Below, piece after piece: positions 47,540-56,585 of a stretch of DNA of 64,000 bases (positions within the stretch are counted from its first letter, which is position 1; each line of letters opens with the position of its first letter). The notes under the pieces were generated by a model. It was not told the origin of the DNA. It saw nothing but the letters and a program-made list of their open reading frames with translations, and did no database searches. Source of the DNA: a virus; the IMG/VR virus record IMGVR_UViG_3300028615_000137, positions 42,350 to 106,349 of that record; one strand, written 5' to 3'. The translations under genes and the position numbers were made by a program.

Positions 47540-47831
47540 TTTGGAAAGATTGTGGGAACGTGCCGTACTTGTTATGTACGATATTGACCCGCAAGAAGCC
47601 GATATGGTAGGTCGTGGCAGGGTTATTGAATGTTCTCCTGGCAAGTTTGTGGTAAGATATCCTAAAGAGTTGCCACATTCTAAGGTTGCGAGACGCAGGA
47701 TTCCTACTATCAAGGGATGCTTGGCACAGGCGCAAACAGAATTGCTAGACGAATTTGATCACGATTTAGATATGGAACGATTAGAAATAGTAATTTTGCC
47801 GGAACCTAGAAACGACTGCGCCAATGTCTAA
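47526..47831 (+). CDS. hypothetical protein
   Basis: ATG 47526 with GAGG RBS. Confidence 0.5.
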   Translation: MPLSDLERLWERAVLVMYDIDPQEADMVGRGRVIECSPGKFVVRYPKELPHSKVARRRIPTIKGCLAQAQTELLDEFDHDLDMERLEIVILPEPRNDCANV

Positions 47832-48117
47832 CGACAACGTATTATCCTTTAAGAAGACTTACAAAGTTGGTTTGAACATTTTTTTGGAGATGCAAGTTCC
47901 ACCAAATGTGAAAATGAACTACGTAATTCAATTTCTTTCTGGTTATTTGATGAAGTCGATAGATAATGGTCATTTGAAAAATAAATTGAAGTCCGAATTC
48001 AATTTAGATATGTTAGACCACGGATTGAAGTTTGAGTTAGTTGACGATGCAGAAACAGTAGACTTTTTCGATGATATTGAATTAATAGACGAGGATCCGC
48101 CGCAAAATGACGACTAA
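47824..48117 (+). CDS. hypothetical protein
   Basis: Overlapping operon gene. Confidence 0.5.
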   Translation: MSNDNVLSFKKTYKVGLNIFLEMQVPPNVKMNYVIQFLSGYLMKSIDNGHLKNKLKSEFNLDMLDHGLKFELVDDAETVDFFDDIELIDEDPPQNDD

Positions 48118-48634
48118 AGAAAAATTGGGGTATGACCCTGTAAACCACCCTAAGCACTATAATATCGGCTCTAAAGAGGTATTACAGGTAATAGAGGAAT
48201 GGGGAGCAGATAGAGATCATATGGTAGGCAACGCTATTAAGTACATAGCTAGGGCTTACTGGAAAGGTTCTTTTGTCGATGATTTGAAGAAGTCTGTTTT
48301 CTATCTAAATCGTAGAATTTCAAATGAGCCAAAGGGTTTTTGGAACAGAGTAAAGAATTGGATTTCTCCAAAATATCCAGTTTTCAATGTCGATCCTGCT
48401 GAAGTAGAATTTGTTATCGACGATTGGCAACTAAGAGGCGATTTTTACCTGGCTATGGCACTTAAGTGTATTGCAGAAAACGATTTATTGTTTGCAGTGC
48501 ATTATTTGGAAAATAGAATTGAGGCGATTGACACATTACCAGAAATCTTATTCGAACACCCCGATTTTTATGTTGAAGAAGATGACATCGATACTGAAGT
48601 TTTTGAAACTACGTATGGAAAGTTAATGCTATGA
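48107..48634 (+). CDS. DUF3310 family protein (T7 gp1.7/SaV-like)
   Basis: 'DPVNHPKHY...EV..VI...GNAIKYIAR..KG...DLKKS.FYL'. Confidence 0.88.
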   Translation: MTTKEKLGYDPVNHPKHYNIGSKEVLQVIEEWGADRDHMVGNAIKYIARAYWKGSFVDDLKKSVFYLNRRISNEPKGFWNRVKNWISPKYPVFNVDPAEVEFVIDDWQLRGDFYLAMALKCIAENDLLFAVHYLENRIEAIDTLPEILFEHPDFYVEEDDIDTEVFETTYGKLML

Positions 48635-49221
48635 ATTCGGCTAACAATAAATATTTCATAGATCATAGTTTAGACTTTATTCGTTTAGCTAATACTTTCA
48701 TGGCCAAGCTTTGCTCTTGGATAGTTTGTTTATTGGCATCGCGCACAGAGATTATTTACGTTAACGATAATCCATATCTTCTACGTTGCCACATCTTGAA
48801 CCATTTTTGGATATTTCCCGCCGTATATCTACACTATTTTTATAGAGGAGATGAAGATAGGTCTTTACACAATCATCCGTGGAAATGGGCTTATAGTCTC
48901 ATTCTTTCTGGAGGCTATCTAGAAGAGAAACCTCACTTTTACTGCCCAATTACAGGCAAAATGCAACGAAAGAAAAGGCGCGTCTCGCCTTGGTCTATTA
49001 ATCGTATAACACAAGACGATTTCCATAGAGTATCGCTTACTAATCTGGCATGTTGGACTTTATTTATACCAGGTCCTTATATCCAAAAATGGGGATTTAT
49101 AGATGATTATGGAAACTTTGAAGATTTTACAAAATATGCTGACACGGGTAAGCGAGTTCCATTGATTCAAAGTGCTGATATTATTAAAATTCGTGGAAAA
49201 AAAGCCACTTCTTTCGAGTAA
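48631..49221 (+). CDS. cupin-fold protein
   Basis: 'YLH.F...DEDR.LHNHPW...S.ILSGGY.E...FHRV...WTLF..G...WGF'. Confidence 0.75.
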   Translation: MNSANNKYFIDHSLDFIRLANTFMAKLCSWIVCLLASRTEIIYVNDNPYLLRCHILNHFWIFPAVYLHYFYRGDEDRSLHNHPWKWAYSLILSGGYLEEKPHFYCPITGKMQRKKRRVSPWSINRITQDDFHRVSLTNLACWTLFIPGPYIQKWGFIDDYGNFEDFTKYADTGKRVPLIQSADIIKIRGKKATSFE

Positions 49222-49224
49222 AAA

Positions 49225-49452
49225 ATGGACGATTCTTTCTTTCAGACGTTGCTTATCGGTTTAGTTCTGCTAAATATATTGTATTGCCTGATTGCAGGTA
49301 GCTTAGCTTTGACGCTCGTAAATATACATTTGCTTATCAAGACTAGAAAAATAAAACAAGCCGGAATGGCGGAATTGGCAGACGCGAACGGTTTAAGCCC
49401 GTTTGTCGAAAGACGTGTGGGTTCGAATCCCTCTTCCGGTACCAATAAATAG
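49225..49452 (+). CDS. small membrane protein (3' end overlaps tRNA-Leu)
   Basis: Hydrophobic N-terminal half. Confidence 0.35.
   Translation: MDDSFFQTLLIGLVLLNILYCLIAGSLALTLVNIHLLIKTRKIKQAGMAELADANGLSPFVERRVGSNPSSGTNK
49360..49444 (+). tRNA. tRNA-Leu(TAA)
   Basis: GCCGGAA/TTCCGGT acceptor, anticodon arm AACGG-TT TAA GC-CCGTT, long variable arm, encoded CCA. Confidence 0.92.
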
Positions 49453-49463
49453 GATGATGCAGA

Positions 49464-49772
49464 ATGAGTTGGAATGAAGAGGGCGATTTTGAGTTGGTTG
49501 AAGCTGTTATAACTATTAATGGTTATGATGTTGTTTACTGGATTGCAGTGGATGGGTTTTCGATTAATGTTGCATTGGATCTCTTGTTGGAAGATCCTAG
49601 TGTTGTTGAAATGTTTTTTAATGAAAGTATACCAGTAACAATTAATATGTCCTATTGTTCCGAAGCCAGGGCTAGAGAATTGGAATTTGTTGATTATGAT
49701 GAAACCAGAAGTATGTGGGAAGAATTTAATCGTGTTTGCAAGCCTGGTGTTTTTGCTTGCTCTGAGTATTAG
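49464..49772 (+). CDS. hypothetical acidic protein
   Basis: AGGA RBS, 102 aa. Confidence 0.55.
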   Translation: MSWNEEGDFELVEAVITINGYDVVYWIAVDGFSINVALDLLLEDPSVVEMFFNESIPVTINMSYCSEARARELEFVDYDETRSMWEEFNRVCKPGVFACSEY

Positions 49773-49980
49773 CTGTTATCCTTCTTATCCATATAGAAAG
49801 GAAAATTGGCAAGAATATAAATATTATCAGGATCAATGCAAAAAGACTTGTAGAAGTTACGATAATTCTTACATGATCAAGTTCAACTTATATAAGGATG
49901 AACGATATCGTTGCATGTGTAGACATTCTTGGTCTGGCGCGGAATTTTATGTAATAGGTGTAAAATGTCAAAGAAAATGA
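49696..49980 (+). CDS. putative small Cys-rich lipoprotein
   Basis: Hydrophobic stretch ending in lipobox-like 'LSISC'. Confidence 0.45.
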   Translation: MMKPEVCGKNLIVFASLVFLLALSISCYPSYPYRKENWQEYKYYQDQCKKTCRSYDNSYMIKFNLYKDERYRCMCRHSWSGAEFYVIGVKCQRK

Positions 49981-50273
49981 CAAGGCAAGAATTAATAGAA
50001 AAGTATGAAAATGGGGAAAGAGATTTCCAAGGAGTAGATCTCAGCGGACTGGATCTAAGTGGAGTATATCTTGAAGGTGCAGATCTCTACCGTGCAAATC
50101 TAGAATGTGCAAATCTCGAGAATGCAAACCTAGAAGGTGCAGATTTACAAGGTGCAGATCTAGAAGGTGCAAATCTCAAAAGGGCAATCCTTCAAGATGC
50201 GGATTTCTACTGTGCAAATCTCGAGAATGCAGATCTCAAGGATGCGGATCTTGAAGGTGTCCTACGTAGCTAA
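49965..50273 (+). CDS. pentapeptide repeat protein 1
   Basis: MSKKMTRQELIEKYENGERDF N-cap followed by A(D/N)Lxx repeats. Confidence 0.9.
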   Translation: MSKKMTRQELIEKYENGERDFQGVDLSGLDLSGVYLEGADLYRANLECANLENANLEGADLQGADLEGANLKRAILQDADFYCANLENADLKDADLEGVLRS

Positions 50274-50302
50274 GGAAAGTTACAATATAGGTAGAAAATT
50301 TT

Positions 50303-50815
50303 ATGAAGAAAATGACTAGGCAAGAAATTATCGAAAAGTATAAAAAAGGGGAAAGAGATTTCCGAGAGGAAAATCTAAGCGGAGTAGATCTAAGCGGACT
50401 GTATCTATGTGGAGTAAATCTCCTATTTGCAAATCTCAACTATGCAGATCTTAGCAATGCGGTTCTCAAGTGTGCAAATCTCAGACATGCAGATCTCAGC
50501 TATGCTAACCTTACCGACGCAGTACTTAGTTATGCTAATCTTTTAGATGCAGATCTCAGACATACAACGCTATTCTGCTCAGATTTCCAAGGGGCAGAAC
50601 TCAAGGATGCGGATTTAGAAGGGGCAGATCTTGAAGGTGCAAATCTTGAAGGCGCAAATCTTGAAGGTGCAAATCTAGAAGGTGCAAAACTCAAAAGGGC
50701 AGATCTCAGTCATGCAAATCTCAGGTATGCAAATCTAATGAGTGTAGATCTTAGGGGAGCAAATCTCGAGGGTACCCAAATTTATATTGGAAATCTTAGA
50801 TTCGTACCAGCGTAG
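50303..50815 (+). CDS. pentapeptide repeat protein 2
   Basis: Same N-cap, long A(D/N)Lxx array, 'IYIGN' C-cap. Confidence 0.92.
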   Translation: MKKMTRQEIIEKYKKGERDFREENLSGVDLSGLYLCGVNLLFANLNYADLSNAVLKCANLRHADLSYANLTDAVLSYANLLDADLRHTTLFCSDFQGAELKDADLEGADLEGANLEGANLEGANLEGAKLKRADLSHANLRYANLMSVDLRGANLEGTQIYIGNLRFVPA

Positions 50816-50841
50816 GAGTACCTTTTATATAATAGGAAAAA

Positions 50842-51279
50842 ATGACAAACGAAGAGCAACTAAAAATCCTCAGAAGATTCAGAGGAGTAGATAGTCCATG
50901 CGAAGCTTGCATGGGTATGGGCAGGAGAATGTATTCCAGCGGCTCTACTTGGCGTGGTGGTATGGGTACAGCGGCTTGTACTTGGGATGTGTGCGATGTA
51001 TGTTGGGGTTCTGGAGATAAGAACCGTATAGGCGCCAATTTAAGGGAAATTGAAAAGGAACGGCGAGATTGGGAACACGAGCAATGTTTAACTTGGCTAA
51101 CTCGCCATTTGGGTTTAGATTTCAACGCTTTAAATAGACGTCTTGGAGACATATCAGACTTTTGCAAAAAACAAGCCAATAAAAGGAAAATTCCACAAGG
51201 TGAAGATTACTTTTGGTGGTCGGAAAATTGGTTAGCTCTGTCTAGCCTATTTAGAAAATTAATAAAGGAAAAAGAATAA
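50842..51279 (+). CDS. hypothetical protein with DnaJ-type CxxCxGxG Zn finger
   Basis: 'CEACMGMG...CDVCWGSG'. Confidence 0.65.
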   Translation: MTNEEQLKILRRFRGVDSPCEACMGMGRRMYSSGSTWRGGMGTAACTWDVCDVCWGSGDKNRIGANLREIEKERRDWEHEQCLTWLTRHLGLDFNALNRRLGDISDFCKKQANKRKIPQGEDYFWWSENWLALSSLFRKLIKEKE

Positions 51280-51280
51280 A

Positions 51281-51442
51281 ATGCTAATTTCACTATTTAT
51301 GACAATTATTGCTCTTGGTTCCATTGCCATTCTTCTCTCTGTTGTCTCTGTTGTACTTTTTCGCCAACACATGAAAAATAGACAACAGCGATTGAAGGGA
51401 TTTGAACGTCGAAGCGAGCCGAATATTAGGCTGATAGGATGA
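51281..51442 (+). CDS. small membrane protein (53 aa)
   Basis: Read manually; AAGGA RBS, one TM helix and a basic tail. Confidence 0.5.
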   Translation: MLISLFMTIIALGSIAILLSVVSVVLFRQHMKNRQQRLKGFERRSEPNIRLIG

Positions 51443-51490
51443 AATTCTCATACTTGGTAAATATGAAATATATGGATTATCATTCCACTT

Positions 51491-51703
51491 ATGGAATATG
51501 AAGTTTACTTAGAATTTAAAGGCGGGTTGTGGTATGCCACCATTCCAGAGGTTTCAGATTGCACGGCCCAAGCCGGAGATATTGACATAGTTAAAGAGCG
51601 TATCAGAGAATCTTTAGCATTCTGTCTAGACGATGAAGATGCAGCTATGGACGCCGAACTAGATTTCATCGAAGAGGAAAAGGGCTTTGACGAAGGTTTT
51701 TGA
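51491..51703 (+). CDS. orphan HicB-family antitoxin-like protein
   Basis: 'YEVYLE...GLWYATIPEVSDCTAQAGDIDIVKERIRESLAFCL'. Confidence 0.7.
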   Translation: MEYEVYLEFKGGLWYATIPEVSDCTAQAGDIDIVKERIRESLAFCLDDEDAAMDAELDFIEEEKGFDEGF

Positions 51704-51917
51704 GAAATTTTTTACAGATACTAGCCAATCTAGATGGTTGCCTCAAGAAACTAAAAGGTGGCTTCCTAAATCCACTGCATTTAGACGCGATCACGAAATG
51801 TGTAAGCATTTCATAAGAAAAGCTTTAAAAAAGAGAAATTCTGGAGATTCAGAAGCGGGGCGTGTCATTTTACAGTACTGGATTGAAGAATATAAGAAAT
51901 GCAGTTACCTTCCATAA
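51687..51917 (+). CDS. hypothetical protein
   Basis: TTG start with GAGG RBS. Confidence 0.4.
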   Translation: MTKVFEKFFTDTSQSRWLPQETKRWLPKSTAFRRDHEMCKHFIRKALKKRNSGDSEAGRVILQYWIEEYKKCSYLP

Positions 51918-52108
51918 ATTTAAACGACGAAACCACTAAATGGATTCGGAAATGGAACAAAGGTTTGCGTTATGCCGCGGTCAGAGCAGGAGTAATGGCA
52001 ATTTTTTCGCATTTTCCAAGTTCGAGAGAATATTGGTCAGAACTTTGCTATTCTTGCCTTGCTCGTGACGCAATTAGGCGTAAATATCCGTTTTTAAAGG
52101 TTTTATGA
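51899..52108 (+). CDS. hypothetical protein
   Basis: ORF track. Confidence 0.4.
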   Translation: MQLPSINLNDETTKWIRKWNKGLRYAAVRAGVMAIFSHFPSSREYWSELCYSCLARDAIRRKYPFLKVL

Positions 52109-52122
52109 TAGACTAAGGGGGT

Positions 52123-54414
52123 ATGGAAGACAAAAGACCCCCCGAAGAATTAGCTAATATAGAAGTTGATTCTTATGAAGCGCATTTAGAGCTTTGTCGA
52201 CAGGATGTTAACGCCTTTTGTGAATTCGTTGCTAAAGACGATGAAACTGGCGAAAACATCGTCCAAACTGAAATTCACGAAAAGTTTCAGCTAATAGCAG
52301 ACAAATATAAGAGGGCGATCATTTGGGCGCATCCCGAATCGGGAAAGATGTTGCCGTTAGACACTCCTATTCCCACCCCAAGCGGCTGGACGAATATGGG
52401 GGATCTCCAGGTAGGAGATAAGGTTTTTGACCAACATGGGCTTGTTACGGAGGTAACATGGGTATCTCCTGTCAATGAGACGCCAGAGTCTTACACCATA
52501 TACTTCGATGATGGTGTGGAGATAAAAGCTTGCGCTGACCATCAATGGTTTGCTCGCACAAAATCAAATCGATTAAGCGGCACTGACTACAAGGTAGTAG
52601 ATACCAAGAAAATGTATACAAGGTATTTAGAGAATCAAGGAGTGTCTTGGTCAATGCCTGTTCCAAAGCCAGTGGAGTATGAAGAGCAAAATTTGCCTCT
52701 TCCGCCTGCCGATTTTGTGAATTTGATATTTAACAAAGAAAAAGATAAAACGTTTGCCAAATCGAAACAATTGAAGGAAATATTAAAAAAGCGAATTCCT
52801 CAAGCTTATTTGATGGGTTCGATAGAACAGCGCATAGAGTTTTTCGAAGCTTTGATCGACACTTATAACAATACTAGATTTTTCCCCATTAGTAAGAAAA
52901 AAGAACCAGAATTTAGGAAAGATGTCGTTCAATTAATTCGTTCTTTGGGCATTAAGGTTTTTGATAAAGGGAAAGATTCAATCTTTTTTCGAGTCACTTC
53001 GAAGAAAAGTATCCATACAGAGCGAATAGTCAAGGAGATTAGACCTTGTAGCCCTGTACCTATGAGATGCATTTCCGTGTCTAGTATGGATAAATCTTAT
53101 CTTTGCGGGAAAGAATATTTAGTTACTCATAATACGAATCAGCTTTCCATTTTGCGTACTGTCTGGGAATTGGGAAATAACCCAGAATTGCGCTTTGTAA
53201 TTATGGGTAAAACGCAAGTCAAAGCTGTGGATATTGTTCGTATTATTCGCAAATATATAGAAGAATCAGAAGAAGTTAGAGCGGTTTTCCCAAATTTAAA
53301 ACCTGGAGATAAATGGGAAGAAGATAAATTTACTGTAGTAAGAAAGTCTTATGCTAAGGATCCGTCTGTTCAAGCTTTAGGACTTTTTAACTCTATCACC
53401 GGTAAGCGTATAGATAGGTTAATTACCGATGATATTTTGGATTCTGAAAATACACAGACTCCAGAACAAAGAGAAAGAACTGAAAAATGGATTAAAAAGA
53501 CTGTTTTCGACCGACTGACTAAAGATGCCAGAGTTATAAACATGGCAAATGCGTGGTCTCCTAGAGACTTCTTGCATAACATGGAAAGAGAAGGCGGTTG
53601 GGCAGGTTTTAGATTTCCCGTTCATGATGAAGACGGAGAACCAACTTGGCCCTTGAAGTGGTCCAAAGAGCGTATACAAGACGTTCGCAATGAATTGGGT
53701 CCGTTGGAATTTGCAAGATCATTCCTTTGTCGCCCTAGAGACGACGGCGAATCGCCTTTTGATCAAGCGGCAATTAGGGCGTGCATTCAACAAGGCGAAG
53801 GATTTGAACTTTTACACGAAATAGACGATTCGGAATTGCCGGATGGTTGTCTAGTTGTTCACGGAGTAGATTTAGCGGTAGGTAAAAAGGAAAGTAGTGC
53901 AAAGACTGTTATTTTTACGGCGCTTTACTGGCCGGATGATGAAAGTAGACAAGTCTTATGGGTTCGTGGGGGTAAATGGAGTGCTTCGGAAATAAAATTG
54001 AATATTATCAACACTTTTGAGGATTTTGGAGGTATTTTTGTCGTCGAAAACAACGCCGCGCAAGATTGGATGATTCAGATAACACATGAGACGCACGCTA
54101 TTCCCATAGTGCCCTTCACAACTGGCAAAAACAAAACAAATGCCGCATTCGGAGTTGAATCGTTGGCGGCTGAAATGTTTAATCGGAAGTGGATCATTCC
54201 GTTGGACGGAAATTGTAAGCGAGAAGTTAATTTCTGGATTGAAGATATGACTTATTATTCTCGCGAAGCCCATGCTGGCGACTATTTGATGGCTTCATGG
54301 CTTTGCCGCGAAGGTATACGTAAGCTTTGTGCCAAAAAGCGGCGAAAGAGCAAAGGCAATGTTCGATTTGTCGACTTTTCTCCTAAGGTTGCGGTTATCG
54401 ACGGTATAACCTAA
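52123..54414 (+). CDS. terL: terminase large subunit (intein-containing)
   Basis: Walker A 'HPESGK|T' split by an intein, 'ITGKRID.LI.DD', nuclease 'GVDLA', 'VENNAAQ', 'GD.LMASW'. Confidence 0.93.
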   Translation: MEDKRPPEELANIEVDSYEAHLELCRQDVNAFCEFVAKDDETGENIVQTEIHEKFQLIADKYKRAIIWAHPESGKMLPLDTPIPTPSGWTNMGDLQVGDKVFDQHGLVTEVTWVSPVNETPESYTIYFDDGVEIKACADHQWFARTKSNRLSGTDYKVVDTKKMYTRYLENQGVSWSMPVPKPVEYEEQNLPLPPADFVNLIFNKEKDKTFAKSKQLKEILKKRIPQAYLMGSIEQRIEFFEALIDTYNNTRFFPISKKKEPEFRKDVVQLIRSLGIKVFDKGKDSIFFRVTSKKSIHTERIVKEIRPCSPVPMRCISVSSMDKSYLCGKEYLVTHNTNQLSILRTVWELGNNPELRFVIMGKTQVKAVDIVRIIRKYIEESEEVRAVFPNLKPGDKWEEDKFTVVRKSYAKDPSVQALGLFNSITGKRIDRLITDDILDSENTQTPEQRERTEKWIKKTVFDRLTKDARVINMANAWSPRDFLHNMEREGGWAGFRFPVHDEDGEPTWPLKWSKERIQDVRNELGPLEFARSFLCRPRDDGESPFDQAAIRACIQQGEGFELLHEIDDSELPDGCLVVHGVDLAVGKKESSAKTVIFTALYWPDDESRQVLWVRGGKWSASEIKLNIINTFEDFGGIFVVENNAAQDWMIQITHETHAIPIVPFTTGKNKTNAAFGVESLAAEMFNRKWIIPLDGNCKREVNFWIEDMTYYSREAHAGDYLMASWLCREGIRKLCAKKRRKSKGNVRFVDFSPKVAVIDGIT
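52348..53133 (+). mobile_element. class 3 intein (262 aa) with decayed LAGLIDADG domain
   Basis: Block A 'MLPLDTPIPTPSGWT.MGDL.VGD.V', block B 'ADHQW', block F 'MRCISV', block G 'LVTHN|T'. Confidence 0.88.
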
Positions 54415-54550
54415 TTATTTGGAAATTTTGTTTTAGCATTCTTTCTAATTGTCTTAAAATATTGAGAAATTGCTAAAACTTTTATTTCCCATAGTACTTT
54501 TTTACATTTTACGCCTTGCAAGCTAATTATTTTCATGCAGACTAGTATAC

Positions 54551-54757
54551 ATGGAGATTTTTGAAATGCGAGAAGATGAATATTATTTCGACAATGATTT
54601 TTTTCCTTGTCTTTATTGCCATCAAGATATAGAAACACAATGCGAGTGTGGCAGCGAAGAGAAAATAAACTTTGGTTGTTTATACGAGGAATGTGTAATT
54701 ACATTTAAGGATTTGGTACTGGAAAATGAAATACTACATTATGATGAATGGGCCTAA
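54551..54757 (+). CDS. hypothetical Cys-rich protein
   Basis: ORF track. Confidence 0.4.
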   Translation: MEIFEMREDEYYFDNDFFPCLYCHQDIETQCECGSEEKINFGCLYEECVITFKDLVLENEILHYDEWA

Positions 54758-54911
54758 TCAGCCAAGGGTATTGGAGCACGAAGATTCTGCCATTACGTTC
54801 GATAGCGAAGACGAAGCGGACGAATTTGCTCGGAATCATACGTGGTGTAAGCATTTTGGTTATGAAATTTTTGGGTGGGAAGAATACGTGGGTATTAGAA
54901 GCTTGCGATAA
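54726..54911 (+). CDS. hypothetical protein
   Basis: 'F.SEDEADEFA' small phage-protein pattern. Confidence 0.45.
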   Translation: MKYYIMMNGPNQPRVLEHEDSAITFDSEDEADEFARNHTWCKHFGYEIFGWEEYVGIRSLR

Positions 54912-54938
54912 TTTTTCTACAATATAGGGAGAAAGCAA

Positions 54939-55136
54939 ATGAGTAAGAAAATGACTAGAGAAGAAGTTGTACAAAAGTACGAAAGCGGGGAAAGAAATTT
55001 CGAAGGAGTAGATCTCAGCTGGGCAAATCTAAAGGGTGCAAATTTACAAGGCGCAATTCTCAACCTTGCAGATCTCTACCGTGCAAATCTAGAAGGTGCG
55101 GTTATCTATCTTGGTAACAGGATATTTACACTATAG
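54939..55136 (+). CDS. pentapeptide repeat protein 3 (short)
   Basis: GGGAG RBS, N-cap, short repeat array, 'IYLGN' C-cap. Confidence 0.88.
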   Translation: MSKKMTREEVVQKYESGERNFEGVDLSWANLKGANLQGAILNLADLYRANLEGAVIYLGNRIFTL

Positions 55137-55227
55137 GTGTAACAATTTTTTAGACATTTTTCTCAGCTTGAGCTTGCACAGCGGTCAAAGGCTGCTAGTC
55201 TATATGTTGAGGCAAGGGAGAAAGCAA
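55126..55227 (+). promoter_or_regulatory. repeated promoter+RBS cassette, copy 1, with upstream palindrome
   Basis: TTACAC-TATAG-GTGTAA, then AGCTTGAGCTTGCACAGCGGTCAAAGGCTGCTAGTCTATATGTTGAGGCAAGGGAGAAAGCA. Confidence 0.8.
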
Positions 55228-55521
55228 ATGAGTAAGAAAATGACTAGAGAAGAAGTTGTACAAAAGTACGAAAGCGGGGAAAGAGATTTCCAAGCGTTGG
55301 ATCTAAGCAAACTTGATTTGAGCAATATAGTTCTCACAGATGTAAATCTCACAGATGCGAATCTTGAAGGTGCAGATCTTAGGTATGCAAATCTCAAGGG
55401 TGCAGATCTCAGGTATGCAAATCTCAAGGGTGCAGATCTCAGATATACAAATCTTGAGCATGCAGAACTTTATGGGGCGATACTCTATATTGCTAACAGG
55501 AAAGTTAAAGTATGGGAATAA
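55228..55521 (+). CDS. pentapeptide repeat protein 4
   Basis: N-cap identical to protein 3; 'LYIAN' C-cap. Confidence 0.9.
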   Translation: MSKKMTREEVVQKYESGERDFQALDLSKLDLSNIVLTDVNLTDANLEGADLRYANLKGADLRYANLKGADLRYTNLEHAELYGAILYIANRKVKVWE

Positions 55522-55525
55522 AATT

Positions 55526-55864
55526 ATGAATTACGAAGAGAAGATGCGTGCATGGGAACGAGAAGGAGCGGAGTTGGCGAAGGAGTACATCGCCACCAGG
55601 GGCTGTAAAGTAAATTTCTGGGATCGACTTGTGGAGTGGCAGAAGCGCGAGCCCAAACCCTACGAGTCGCTGCTCAGCGATAAGCAATCTAGAGGATTGT
55701 ACTGGCGCCTAGATTGTCCCCATGATCCTAGAAGGGCGCGCCGCAGAATTGTGGTAGGCACACTCGAAGCTGTGGTGGAACGGCTAGATGGGATGAAGAG
55801 TGGCATCAACCCACTTTCGATTCTGAGGGAATGGCTTGAAGAAGAGCGTAAACTGGCGGAGTAA
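55526..55864 (+). CDS. hypothetical protein (GC-richer than its neighbours)
   Basis: ATG 55526 just after the upstream stop. Confidence 0.55.
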   Translation: MNYEEKMRAWEREGAELAKEYIATRGCKVNFWDRLVEWQKREPKPYESLLSDKQSRGLYWRLDCPHDPRRARRRIVVGTLEAVVERLDGMKSGINPLSILREWLEEERKLAE

Positions 55865-55935
55865 GGGTGATGTTTCAGCCTTTTGCCATCGCAACGTGCG
55901 TCGCACTGTGCTTCTGTCTTGCCCTGTTAGACGGG

Positions 55936-56054
55936 TAGTAAACAATTTTCCTACATTTTGACTTTGCAGCAAACACAATTTGCAGCAAATAAAGCTAGTA
56001 TAACAATTTTCCTACATTTCGACTTTGCAGCAAACACAATTTGCAGCAATAAGG
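55936..56054. repeat. tandem duplication of about 60 bp containing four TTTGCAGCAA(A) palindromes
   Basis: 55936-55995 vs 55996-56054 nearly identical. Confidence 0.9.
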
Positions 56055-56099
56055 GATCATAAGATAAATATATAATCCTAGACATTTTTATAATGCTTA

Positions 56100-56585
56100 G
56101 TAAAATTCGCGTAATGTATTGAAAATTAGCACCATGCGACGAAATGTAAGAAAACTTATATGAGTGTTGGATATGTAAGAAAAACTTACATGTAAGAATA
56201 TTTTATATACGTTGCGAGAAACTTATATAAAACTGGTCACGCTTTCCCTCTGTCGATTAATTTAAGGTATAGATCATTTTTATTAAATACTCGTATAGTG
56301 TCCTAATATATAAAAATTTCGGCGCGCTCGGGTGTCGGCGGAGCTCCGAAAAAATTTCACATTTTGATATTAGGAAAATCTCGAGGCGCACAATGTATGG
56401 AAAATCCCGACCATGTGTGGAAACGTATAGAAAATCTCGACGTGTGCGGAATTCTGAGAAAATTCGCATAATGTAAGGAAATGTGCGCGATGTAAGGAAA
56501 AGTAAGAAAAAACCTACGTGTAGGGAAATGTAAGTATTTGATTACATGTAAGGAAATGTATACATTGTGGGGAGAATGTAGGACG
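56100..56585. repeat. non-coding array of ATGTAAG/ATGTAGG and GAAAAT motifs
   Basis: ATGTAAG at 56144, 56173, 56190, 56471, 56490, 56528, 56546; ATGTAGG at 56576. Confidence 0.8.

Noticed and set aside
55355-55525. 'MQISRVQIS' N-terminal extension of the 55355 ORF
   Set aside because: Alternative frame of pentapeptide gene 4; the real start is ATG 55526
55936-56054. CRISPR mini-array
   Set aside because: Two abutting near-identical units with no unique spacers, and no cas genes
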